A stretch of DNA of 64,000 nucleotides from an uncultured delta proteobacterium (lineage in GTDB: Bacteria; Myxococcota_A; UBA9160; SZUA-336): the NCBI GenBank assembly GCA_963704165.1, contig CAVPHD010000004.1, positions 128,001 through 192,000 on the forward strand. Direction: 5' to 3'. Under the pieces are notes generated by a model. The model saw only the letters and a program-made list of their open reading frames with translations, was not told where the DNA came from and did not search any database. Position 1 is the stretch's first letter. The number at the start of each line of letters is the position of its first letter. Below are positions 8,938 through 17,510 of the stretch, piece after piece. The translations under genes and the position numbers were made by a program.

Positions 8938-10412
8938 TGATTCGAGATCGATTCACGCGACCGTTCGTGGTCCTCGCACTCCTGCTCCTGGCGTCGATTT
9001 CGTGCCGCGAAGAGACGCGGACGCCGGGCGCCCCATCGGCGGTATTCGCGGGGCAGGGGCTACACGTGGACGTGTCGATCCCCGAAGGCGCCCCGCACCC
9101 GGGCGAGAACGAGTTCCGGATCCGCGTTCGCGACGCGAGAGGGAATCCGGTCGATGATGCGCGCGTCGGCTTCGCCTACAGCATGCCGATGGCGGGTATG
9201 GCCACGATGGGCGGAAGGGTCGTGGGCGAGCCGGTCGGAGCGGGCGAGTACCGTGCGATTGGGTCGCTCGAGATGGCGGGCACGTGGCGGATCGAGATCG
9301 AGGTCGCACGCGCCTCGGGCGAGACCGCGCGCGCCACGGGCTCGCTGCGAACCGGGGCTCCGGGTCTCGAGCTCGATTCGGGTTCGGCCGCGTTCGCCGT
9401 GAGCGAGAGCATCCGCGCTGAAGGGGTCGTGCGCATCGATCCGGCGCGCCTGCAGACGATCGGCGTCCGATTCGCGAGCGTCGAGCGGGGACCGCTCGAA
9501 CGCGTCGTCCGGGCGACCGGAACCGTCGAGTGGGACGAGACGGAGCTCGTCGACGTCTCGCTGAAGGTGCGCGGCTGGGTGCGCGAGCTGTACGCGGACT
9601 CGCTCGGTGCGCGCGTCGAGGCCGGCGACGCGCTCTTCAGCGTCTACAGCCCCGACCTATACGCCGCGGAGACGGAGTACCTCGAAGCGCTGCGCGAGCA
9701 GACGGCTGCCCGTGCGACCGGTGCTCCCGACCGGGCCGATGCGCTCGTGCGCGCGGCGCGCGCGCGCCTTCGTCTCTGGGATCTCGCGGACTCCGACATC
9801 GATGCGATCGCCGCGCGTGGCGAGCCACTCGAGGCGGTGCCGGTCCGCGCGCGTACGAGCGGATTCGTCCTCGAGAAGAACGTCGTCTCGGGCGGCTCGA
9901 TCGAGCCGGGAATGCGGCTGTTCCGGATCGCGCCGCTCGATCGCGTCTGGGTCGATGCCCAGACCTTCGAGTCCGACGTGAAGCTGCTCCGGGTCGGCGA
10001 CTCGGCGATCGTGCGCGGACCGACGCTGCCCCCGAAAGGACTCGACGCGCGCATCGCCTGGGTCCATCCCTCGCTCGAGCTTTCCTCGCGGAGCTCGCGT
10101 GCCCGCCTCGAGCTCGACAATCCCGACTTCACGCTGCGGCCGGGGATGTGGGTCGAGGTCGAGCTTCGAGTCGCCCTCGGAGATCGTCTCCACGTACCCA
10201 TGTCGGCCGTGATCCACGCGGGCGCGCGGCGCGTGGTCTTCGTGGATCGCGGGGAGGGTCGGCTCGAGCCCCGCGACATCGAGACCGGCGCGACCGCCGA
10301 TCCCGACGTCGAGATCCTGTCGGGGCTCGAGCCCGGCGAACGAGTGGTGGTGGCGGGGAATTTCCTGGTCGCCGCCGAGAGCCGGCTCCAGTCGGCACTG
10401 GAGCAGTGGTGA
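8934..10412 (+). CDS. cusB: CusB-type RND periplasmic adaptor with an N-terminal Met-rich YtkA/FixH-like domain
   Basis: LFSVYSPDL, LRPGMW and GLEPGERVV..GNFL..AES motifs. N-terminal YSMPMAGMATMGG and GTWRIEI. Confidence 0.85.
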   Translation: MMIRDRFTRPFVVLALLLLASISCREETRTPGAPSAVFAGQGLHVDVSIPEGAPHPGENEFRIRVRDARGNPVDDARVGFAYSMPMAGMATMGGRVVGEPVGAGEYRAIGSLEMAGTWRIEIEVARASGETARATGSLRTGAPGLELDSGSAAFAVSESIRAEGVVRIDPARLQTIGVRFASVERGPLERVVRATGTVEWDETELVDVSLKVRGWVRELYADSLGARVEAGDALFSVYSPDLYAAETEYLEALREQTAARATGAPDRADALVRAARARLRLWDLADSDIDAIAARGEPLEAVPVRARTSGFVLEKNVVSGGSIEPGMRLFRIAPLDRVWVDAQTFESDVKLLRVGDSAIVRGPTLPPKGLDARIAWVHPSLELSSRSSRARLELDNPDFTLRPGMWVEVELRVALGDRLHVPMSAVIHAGARRVVFVDRGEGRLEPRDIETGATADPDVEILSGLEPGERVVVAGNFLVAAESRLQSALEQW

Positions 10413-13400
10413 TCGGGCGCATCATCGCTGGCTGCGCACGAAACCCGGGACTGACGCTCATCGGTGTCGCGGCGTTCTGCGTCTGGGGGATCTTCGCCGT
10501 GCGACAGACGCCCCTCGACGCGATTCCGGACCTGTCGGACGTGCAGGTGATCGTCTGGGCGGAGTGGCCGGGACGCGGGCCGGATCTGGTCGAGGATCAG
10601 ATCACCTACCCCGTGTCGTCGACGCTGCTCTCGGCGCCGCGCGTGCGCCACGTCCGCGGGCAGTCGTTCTTCGGGCTCTCGCTCGTGTACGCGATCTTCG
10701 AGGACGGCACCGATCCATACTGGGCCCGCAGCCGGGTGCTCGAGTACATGAACGCGGCCGCGGCGCGGCTGCCCGAAGGCGTCACGCCGACGCTCGGTCC
10801 CGACGCGACGGGGGTCGGCTGGGTCTTCGAGTACGCGCTCGTCGATCGAACCGGAAGGAACGATCTCGCAGAGCTTCGCAGCCTGCAGGACTGGAATCTG
10901 CGCTACGCGCTCTCGAGCGTGCACGGCGTCGCCGAGGTCGCGTCGATCGGCGGTTTCGTGAAGCAGTACCAGGTGCAGGTGAACCCCGAGCGCCTGCGCG
11001 CGTACGGAATCCCGCTCCGCGACGTCGTCGCCGCCGTCCGGGCCGCCAACCACGAAACGGGCGGCGGTGTGATCGAGCTGGCCGAGCACGAGCAGGTCGT
11101 GCGCGGCCGCGGATACGTGCGCTCGCTCGCGGATCTCGAGCAGGCTCCGCTTCGCGTGAATGCGCAGGGGACCGCCGTGCTCGTCCGCGACGTGGCGAAC
11201 GTGGTCTTCGGTCCGGATCTGCGGCGCGGCCTGGTCGAGCTCGACGGGCTCGGCGAGGTCGTCGGCGGGATCGTCGTGATGCGCTTCGGAGAGAACGCGC
11301 TCGCGGTGATCGACGCGGTCAAGGTCCGCCTCGAGGAGGTGCGCGCGAGCCTGCCCGAGGGGGTCGAGCTCGTCACGACCTACGACCGCTCCGAGCTGAT
11401 CCGCGCCGCCGTCGGAACGCTCTCGCGAACCCTGGTCGAGGAGATGATCGTCGTCTCGGTCGTGATCCTCGTCTTCCTGATGCACGTCCGAAGCGCGCTG
11501 ATCCCGATCCTGGTGATCCCGATCGGCATCTCGCTCGCGTTCATCCCGATGCTCTACCAGGGAGTGACCGCGAACATCATGTCGCTCGGCGGGATCGCGG
11601 TGGCGATCGGCGCGATGGTCGATGCGGCGATCATCGTCGTCGAGAACTCGCACAAGCGCCTCGAGGTGTGGCGAGAGGCCGGCGAACCCGGCGAGCGTCG
11701 GGACGTGATCGTCGCTGCGATGCAAGAGGTCGGGCCCAGCATCTTCTTCGCCTTGCTCGTGATCACCGTCTCGTTCCTTCCGATCTTCGCGCTCGAGGGC
11801 ACGGAAGGGCGGCTCTTCAAGCCTCTCGCCTTCACCAAGACGTACGCGATGGCTGCCGCGGCACTGCTCTCCGTGACGTTGACGCCGGCGCTCGCGGTGC
11901 TCTTGATTCGCGGTCGGATTCGCGACGAGCGCGCGAACCCGCTGAATCGCTGGCTCGTGGACGCCTACACTCCCGCGGTTCGCTTCGTCGTCCGACGGCG
12001 CGGCTGGGTCGCCGCCGCCGCGGTCGGGTTGATGGCGAGCGCGGTTCCGCCCTTCCTGCTCCTGGGCTCGGAGTTCATGCCGCCCTTGAACGAGGGCACG
12101 CTCCTGTACATGCCGACCGCGCCGCCGGGAATCGCCGTCGGCGAAGCCGGGCGCGTGCTCCAGAGCATGGATCGCGAGCTGCGAACGGTGCCCGAGGTCG
12201 AACGGGTCTTCGGCAAGATCGGACGGGCCGACACGCCCACCGATCCGGCTCCGCTCACGATGGTCGAGACGATCATCCAGCTCGCCCCGCGAGAGCGCTG
12301 GCGTCCGGGGCTCAGCTGGGACGCGCTCGTGCAGGAGCTCGACGAGAAGCTCCGCTACCCGGGCATGCCCAACCTGTGGTGGATGCCGATCCAGACGCGC
12401 ACGGAGATGCTCGCGACCGGCGTCCGCAGCCAGCTCGGCGTGAAGGTCTTCGGCGACGATCTCGATTCGGTCGAGCAAGCGGCGATCACGATCGCGAAGG
12501 CACTCGGCGGCGTTCCGGGCACGCGAAACGCGTTCGCGGAGCGCACCACGGGCGCGTTCTTCCTCGACGCCCGGATCGACCGCGTGCGTGCGTCCCGATA
12601 CGGGGTCTCGGCTGCGGATCTCAATCAGACGCTCGAAACGGCGATCGGCGGTTCCAACGTGTCGCAGACCGTCGAGGGACGGGAGCGGTACGCGATCAAC
12701 GTGCGCTACGCGCGCGAGTTCCGGGACGACGCCGAGGAGATCGGACGAACGCTCGTGCAGACGTCGAGCGGCGCGCTCGTTCCGCTGCGCGATCTCGCGG
12801 AGCTTCGCTTCACGACCGGTCCCGACATGGTGCGAAGTGAAGCGGGCAAGGTCGTCGGACTCGTCGCCGTCGACGTCTCCGGACGTCCGATCGTGGACTA
12901 CGTCGAAGAAGCGCGTCGGCACATCGAGTCCAGCGTGACGCTTCCCGCGGGCACTCGAATCGCCTGGGTCGGCCAGTTCGAGTACTTCGAGCGCGCGAAG
13001 GCGCGCCTCGGCTGGGTGTTGCCGCTCACGTTGGCTCTGGTCGGCCTGCTGCTCTACCTGAACACGCGCTCGGCGGTCGAGACCTCGATCGTGCTGCTCG
13101 CGGTGCCGTTCTCGCTCATCGGCGCGATCTGGCTGCTCTTCGCGCTCGAGTACGACATGTCGGTCGCGGTCTGGGTGGGAATCATCGCGCTCGCGGGACT
13201 CGACGCGCAGACCGGAGTCGTGATGCTCCTCTACCTGTCGGTCGCCCACCGCGAGCGCGAAGCCGCCGGCACGTTGCGCGGCGCTCGCGACCTCGAGAAC
13301 GCGATCGTCGAGGGTGCCGCGCGGCGCATCCGGCCGAAACTGATGACCGTGCTGACGATGATGCTCGGCCTCGTGCCGCTTCTCTTCAGCAGCGGCACCG

Positions 13401-13546
13401 GTGCGGACGTGATGAAGAGAGTCGCCGCGCCGATGGTCGGCGGGCTGGTCAGCTCGTTCGCGCTCGAGCTCCTCGTCTATCCGGCGCTCTTCGCGTTCTG
13501 GAAGGGGCGCTCCCTCACTCGACGCGAACGCGGAAGCGCAGCGTGA
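10409..13546 (+). CDS. cusA: CusA/CzcA heavy-metal efflux RND transporter (Cu+/Ag+ type)
   Basis: LDAIPDLSDVQVIV, GPDATGVGWV, GAMVDAAIIVVEN, RIRPKLMT. Methionines at the CusA triad positions (LYMPT, LTMVET, TEMLAT). Confidence 0.93.
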   Translation: MIGRIIAGCARNPGLTLIGVAAFCVWGIFAVRQTPLDAIPDLSDVQVIVWAEWPGRGPDLVEDQITYPVSSTLLSAPRVRHVRGQSFFGLSLVYAIFEDGTDPYWARSRVLEYMNAAAARLPEGVTPTLGPDATGVGWVFEYALVDRTGRNDLAELRSLQDWNLRYALSSVHGVAEVASIGGFVKQYQVQVNPERLRAYGIPLRDVVAAVRAANHETGGGVIELAEHEQVVRGRGYVRSLADLEQAPLRVNAQGTAVLVRDVANVVFGPDLRRGLVELDGLGEVVGGIVVMRFGENALAVIDAVKVRLEEVRASLPEGVELVTTYDRSELIRAAVGTLSRTLVEEMIVVSVVILVFLMHVRSALIPILVIPIGISLAFIPMLYQGVTANIMSLGGIAVAIGAMVDAAIIVVENSHKRLEVWREAGEPGERRDVIVAAMQEVGPSIFFALLVITVSFLPIFALEGTEGRLFKPLAFTKTYAMAAAALLSVTLTPALAVLLIRGRIRDERANPLNRWLVDAYTPAVRFVVRRRGWVAAAAVGLMASAVPPFLLLGSEFMPPLNEGTLLYMPTAPPGIAVGEAGRVLQSMDRELRTVPEVERVFGKIGRADTPTDPAPLTMVETIIQLAPRERWRPGLSWDALVQELDEKLRYPGMPNLWWMPIQTRTEMLATGVRSQLGVKVFGDDLDSVEQAAITIAKALGGVPGTRNAFAERTTGAFFLDARIDRVRASRYGVSAADLNQTLETAIGGSNVSQTVEGRERYAINVRYAREFRDDAEEIGRTLVQTSSGALVPLRDLAELRFTTGPDMVRSEAGKVVGLVAVDVSGRPIVDYVEEARRHIESSVTLPAGTRIAWVGQFEYFERAKARLGWVLPLTLALVGLLLYLNTRSAVETSIVLLAVPFSLIGAIWLLFALEYDMSVAVWVGIIALAGLDAQTGVVMLLYLSVAHREREAAGTLRGARDLENAIVEGAARRIRPKLMTVLTMMLGLVPLLFSSGTGADVMKRVAAPMVGGLVSSFALELLVYPALFAFWKGRSLTRRERGSAA

Positions 13547-15506
13547 AGCTCGGTCCCGTGGGTCCGGTCTTGGCCGCGAACGCCCCGGCCGGCCTGACGC
13601 GCAGGTGTGTCACGGCGGAGTCCGCGCCGTTCACGTCCGGCGTCGGGACGTAGGTCCACGTCGCCCCGCCGTCGTTCGAGAACTCGAGGCTGTCGGCGAG
13701 GCTCGAGAGCGAGACGTACGAATAGACCAGCGTGCTCGTCGGCACGCCCTGCGTGAAGGCGACGGGGCCGCTTCCGGCACCGGCGATGTCGGCGACGATC
13801 AAGTCGGATTGCACCGGGATCGGGTCCGAGAAGCGGATCGAGTCCGCGTCCGAGGTGCCGGCGCCCTGGTTCGTGACGATCGCCGTGTACTCGACGACGG
13901 CACCGGGGATCGCTCTCGGATTCGAAGCGCCGTTCACGGGATCCGAGAGCGTGAGCAGGGACTTCACGATCACCAGGTTCACCTTCACGAGCGAAAAGAC
14001 CTGGTCGTCGATGTTCCAGAAGTTCGCCTGACTCTGCGGCGTGTTCGGCAGCCCCGATCGGTGGACGTGTCCGTTCGTCGCTCCGATCGTGCTGCTCGAG
14101 CCGTCGCGAGCGTAGACGCGCACCATCCAACTGACGCCTTCCGTATCGACGGAGCTGAACGTGTAGGTCGGGTTCGCGCCGACCGAGCCATCGTTCGTGA
14201 AGACCCGGTCGCCCGCCGTCGCGTCGCCGTGGGTTCCGTCGTCGTAGAGCACGATTCCGGTCGCGACGGGCGTTCCCCCGGGGTTGATCACGTCCGCGCG
14301 CACGGAGGTCGTGGTGGCCTGGATGACGGCGCGGATCGTCAGCCGCTGCCCCACCTGGTAGACCGACGCGGTCGTGACGGCGGTATCGTTCGGCGCCGTG
14401 ACGTTCGCTCCGAACGCTTCGACGAGCGCGTTCGTGATCGTCGCGTTCTGCCGGCTCCACTCTACGTCGTCGAGCTTGACCCACGACTTGTAGAGATCGT
14501 CGCTGGCGTAGAAGCGCATCGAGAAACGCAGCGTGACGGTGGTGCCCGCGTAGGCCGCGAGGTTCAGCGACGCCTGCCGCCAGCCCGCGTCGAGCATCAC
14601 CGGTCCGTAGGCCGGGTTCCGGCCCACGCCGTACGTCTGGATGTTCAGGTCGGCGAGCGGGTTCGGGATCCCGAGCGTCGTGTGGTTCACCACCGTTCCG
14701 TTCACGTCCAGCGTCATGAAGTCGTAGCGGGTCGAGCTGATCATCGAGTCGAACGCCTGATAGCGGAACTGGTAGACGAAGTTGCCCGCCGCCGCGCCCG
14801 CGGGTACCGCGACGGCGCGCGAGACACGGATGTACTCCGTCGTGTTCCCGGGGCTGTCCTCGCAGTTCGAGCGGTAGCCGAGCAGGAACCACGAGAGCCC
14901 GGTGTTCGCCGTGTTGTCGACACCGGACGTCGCGCCGTCGTTGCAGCCGGCCGGCAGGTTCACCGTCGCTGCCTCGGGCGGCGAGGTGTGGACCTCGGCG
15001 TTGTGGCCGCCGCCGGAGCCCGTCGTCGCGACCGTCCAGTTCGTGGCGGTGGCGCCGGCCGAGTGCTCGAAGTTCCCGTTGATCCGCGTCGCGAGCGCCG
15101 TGGCGGCCTTGGCGCCGTTCTGCGTGACGTCGAAGTAGAGCCAGTAGGTCTGCGCTCCGGCGTCCTGGGCGATGAAGCGGATCTCGCCGCGCGCGTTCGC
15201 GCTCGCGTCGGTAGCTCCGCCGAACTTGACGTCGGTGAACTCCTGCGTCGCCACGAGCGTCGTGCCGTTCGAGCGCGTCACGCGCGGCGAGTTCACGTCG
15301 AAGGTTCCACTGATCCCGAGCTGTGTCAGCAGCGCCGCGAAGTCCGCATCGACGACAACCGTGCTGTCCACCGCCGAGGCCGCGGGCACGGAGATCGGCA
15401 CCCGGTAGTGCCAGGTCGGGTCGTACCAGGCGGGCGCCGAGCGCAGATCGGCCCGGGCGGTTCCGCCGATCGCGAGGAAGAAGAGCGCGAGCCACGCGCG
15501 TCGCAT
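13515..15506 (-). CDS. Secreted beta-rich surface protein with a choice-of-anchor-X-like segment and C-terminal DUF11-type domain
   Basis: Signal peptide, WYDPTWHYRVPI N-domain, LYDDGTHGDATAGDRVFT, SDPVNGASNPRAIPGAVVEYT...NQG. Overlaps the cusA 3' end convergently by 32 bp. Confidence 0.75.
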   Translation of the reverse strand: MRRAWLALFFLAIGGTARADLRSAPAWYDPTWHYRVPISVPAASAVDSTVVVDADFAALLTQLGISGTFDVNSPRVTRSNGTTLVATQEFTDVKFGGATDASANARGEIRFIAQDAGAQTYWLYFDVTQNGAKAATALATRINGNFEHSAGATATNWTVATTGSGGGHNAEVHTSPPEAATVNLPAGCNDGATSGVDNTANTGLSWFLLGYRSNCEDSPGNTTEYIRVSRAVAVPAGAAAGNFVYQFRYQAFDSMISSTRYDFMTLDVNGTVVNHTTLGIPNPLADLNIQTYGVGRNPAYGPVMLDAGWRQASLNLAAYAGTTVTLRFSMRFYASDDLYKSWVKLDDVEWSRQNATITNALVEAFGANVTAPNDTAVTTASVYQVGQRLTIRAVIQATTTSVRADVINPGGTPVATGIVLYDDGTHGDATAGDRVFTNDGSVGANPTYTFSSVDTEGVSWMVRVYARDGSSSTIGATNGHVHRSGLPNTPQSQANFWNIDDQVFSLVKVNLVIVKSLLTLSDPVNGASNPRAIPGAVVEYTAIVTNQGAGTSDADSIRFSDPIPVQSDLIVADIAGAGSGPVAFTQGVPTSTLVYSYVSLSSLADSLEFSNDGGATWTYVPTPDVNGADSAVTHLRVRPAGAFAAKTGPTGPSFTLRFRVRVE

Positions 15507-15598
15507 GTCGGTCTGAAACGGGCTTTTGCTTCGAGGACTTGAGGGTCGGCCCTGCTAGCATGCGAATTGAATCAGTGATGCGGCTGCGAGGACCGGCA

Positions 15599-15967
15599 AT
15601 GAGCGACGATAACGTGACGATCTCGATGCTGAAGACGAGCGCTCTGCGCTTTCGCGACGCCCGGCGCTGGCGGCAGTTTCACAACCCGAAGGATCTGGTT
15701 CTCGCGCTCGTGGCCGAGGCGGGCGAGCTCTGCGAGCTCGTGCTCTGGAAGGATCCCGATGCGCTCGCGGCCGAGCTGGCGGAAGAGCCGGCGCGGCGCC
15801 GCTTCGCCGACGAGCTGGCGGACGTGCAGAACCTGCTGCTCCTGCTCGTCGACGCACTCGACCTCGATCTCTCCGACGCGTTCGCGCGCAAGCTCGAGTC
15901 GAACGAAGCGAAGTACCCGGTCGCCAAGGCGAGCGGGCGCGCGCTCAAGTACACCGAGCTCGACTGA
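15599..15967 (+). CDS. MazG-like nucleotide pyrophosphohydrolase (dCTPase/RS21-C6 type)
   Basis: FRDARRWRQFHNPKDL, EAGEL, ELADV and KL..NE.KYP motifs. Confidence 0.9.
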   Translation: MSDDNVTISMLKTSALRFRDARRWRQFHNPKDLVLALVAEAGELCELVLWKDPDALAAELAEEPARRRFADELADVQNLLLLLVDALDLDLSDAFARKLESNEAKYPVAKASGRALKYTELD

Positions 15968-15973
15968 GTCCGG

Positions 15974-17137
15974 CTACGGCGCTTTGCGGAACGCGAACGC
16001 ATGCTCGCGTCGGTTGGTTCGCCCGGCGTGCTCCGGCCGTTCGACCGACGCGCTGGCGATGAACGTCAATCCGGCACGCCGCGCGGCATCGAGGGTCGGC
16101 TGCGACGCGTCGATGACGCCGGCCGGAAGCAGGCCGTCGCCGATCACGACGACGAGGTGCCCGCCCGGCGCGAGCGCGTTCGCGACGTTCCTCGTCCACA
16201 GATCGGTGTCGGTCCGCCAGATCTCTCGCGCGCGCCGGAGTCCGCCGCGCCAGAGCCGCCGCGCGCCGATCTCGCGCGAGGCGTTCGGGCGCTCGCCGAG
16301 CCAGACGTGCCGCAGGTGCTGCATCGGCAGGTAGTCGTACGTCGATGGGTAGGGGGGAGAGGTCAGCACGAGCGAGATGGGAATCGGTGGCGCGACTTCG
16401 CGCGCATCGGCCAGGACGATCTCGGCGTCGGGGGTTTGGGGCGGAATGGCCTCGCGCAGGCCCGTCATCTGCCGCGCGAGCTCGCGAGATTTCTTGTGGA
16501 AGAGCACCGCCGTCGTACCCGCGGGACGATCGTGCTTCTCGCGCACGGCCTTCGTGTCCGACACGCGGAAGGACACCTTCACGATCACCGACGAGAACAC
16601 CGCTTCGAGCAGCTCTCGGATCGACGCGTCCGAGGCCTCGATTCCGGCCCGGAGGGCCTCGAGCTCTCGCAGGACGTGCGGTGCGAACCAGCTCTCGACG
16701 ACGTGCAGGATCTCGTCGCGTGGCATTGCGCCCGTCGACGACGACGTGCGCGCAAGCTCCGTCAGCTTTCGCGCGCGCGAGCGGAAGGCGGTGAGAAGGG
16801 ATTCGTCCGGAGTCGCGGTGCGCGCGCGAGCGACCCGGATCGCGACGGGCGAAACGTCGCTGCCGTACGCCCGGCGACCGGCCGCACGTGCCTCGACGAG
16901 GACCGTTCCGCCGCCACAGAACGGGTCGAAGACGGAGTCGCCCGGGAAGAGCGCGATCACGTCGCGCGCGGCGTCCGCGTGCATTCCCGCCGGGTAGGTG
17001 TGGAACGAATGCGTGTAGCGCTCGACGGGTCCGAACCGCGAGAGCGCCCCTCTCAAACCCTCGGCGAGCGTCTCGTCCCCGCGCAGGGCGCTCGAGAGGG
17101 CGGGGCGGTCGTGTGCGACACGGCGTGGGTCGGGCAT
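15974..17137 (-). CDS. Orphan amino-type (likely N4-cytosine) DNA methyltransferase
   Basis: H.FH.YPA, motif I DPFCGGGT, motif IV LTSPPY. No restriction gene adjacent. Confidence 0.8.
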   Translation of the reverse strand: MPDPRRVAHDRPALSSALRGDETLAEGLRGALSRFGPVERYTHSFHTYPAGMHADAARDVIALFPGDSVFDPFCGGGTVLVEARAAGRRAYGSDVSPVAIRVARARTATPDESLLTAFRSRARKLTELARTSSSTGAMPRDEILHVVESWFAPHVLRELEALRAGIEASDASIRELLEAVFSSVIVKVSFRVSDTKAVREKHDRPAGTTAVLFHKKSRELARQMTGLREAIPPQTPDAEIVLADAREVAPPIPISLVLTSPPYPSTYDYLPMQHLRHVWLGERPNASREIGARRLWRGGLRRAREIWRTDTDLWTRNVANALAPGGHLVVVIGDGLLPAGVIDASQPTLDAARRAGLTFIASASVERPEHAGRTNRREHAFAFRKAP

Positions 17138-17212
17138 GGAAGCGGACACGCTACAGCGGGACGACCCGCCCGCCAGGGCTCCCCCGGTCTCGAGCGCTCG
17201 CGCCCGTTCGAA

Positions 17213-17240
17213 TAGACACCGTCGGCGCGGCGTATATAAT
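17213..17240 (+). promoter_or_regulatory. Near-consensus sigma70 promoter TAGACA-N16-TATAAT
   Basis: Perfect -10 at 17235-17240 and a 5/6 -35 at 17213-17218, in very GC-rich DNA. Confidence 0.7.
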
Positions 17241-17244
17241 CGCG

Positions 17245-17503
17245 ACCCGTGCGAAGCCTTCGTTGGCGTTGGTGAACCGGCCGCGCAGTGCAGCCGGGTC
17301 GCCCATCGTAGATGCCAATTCCCTTCGCAAGCCAGTTTCCGGACTGGTCAAGAGACCGCCAAGAACCCTCGACTTCCCTGGTTCGAGTCCCTCCCAGGTC
17401 TTGAGCACGCCCGACGCGGGTTGAGACGCGAGTCTCCCAAACGCGGACGCTGCGCCTGACGTCTGTCTGGGGCGCGTTCACAAGAGCCGAGCACGGCGCC
17501 CCA
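17245..17503 (+). ncRNA. Candidate structured ncRNA or long regulatory 5' leader (family unidentified)
   Basis: Starts just after the promoter. Terminal stem ACCCGTG/CGCGGGT (17245-17421), nested stems, a GCGA-tetraloop hairpin at 17423-17436, and no credible ORF. Confidence 0.45.
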
Positions 17504-17510
17504 AAATCCT

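Noticed and set aside
17370..17400. tRNA-like T-arm sequence GGTTCGAGTCC
   Set aside because: No T-stem, acceptor stem, D-arm or CCA can be built around it, so it is not a tRNA or tmRNA end.
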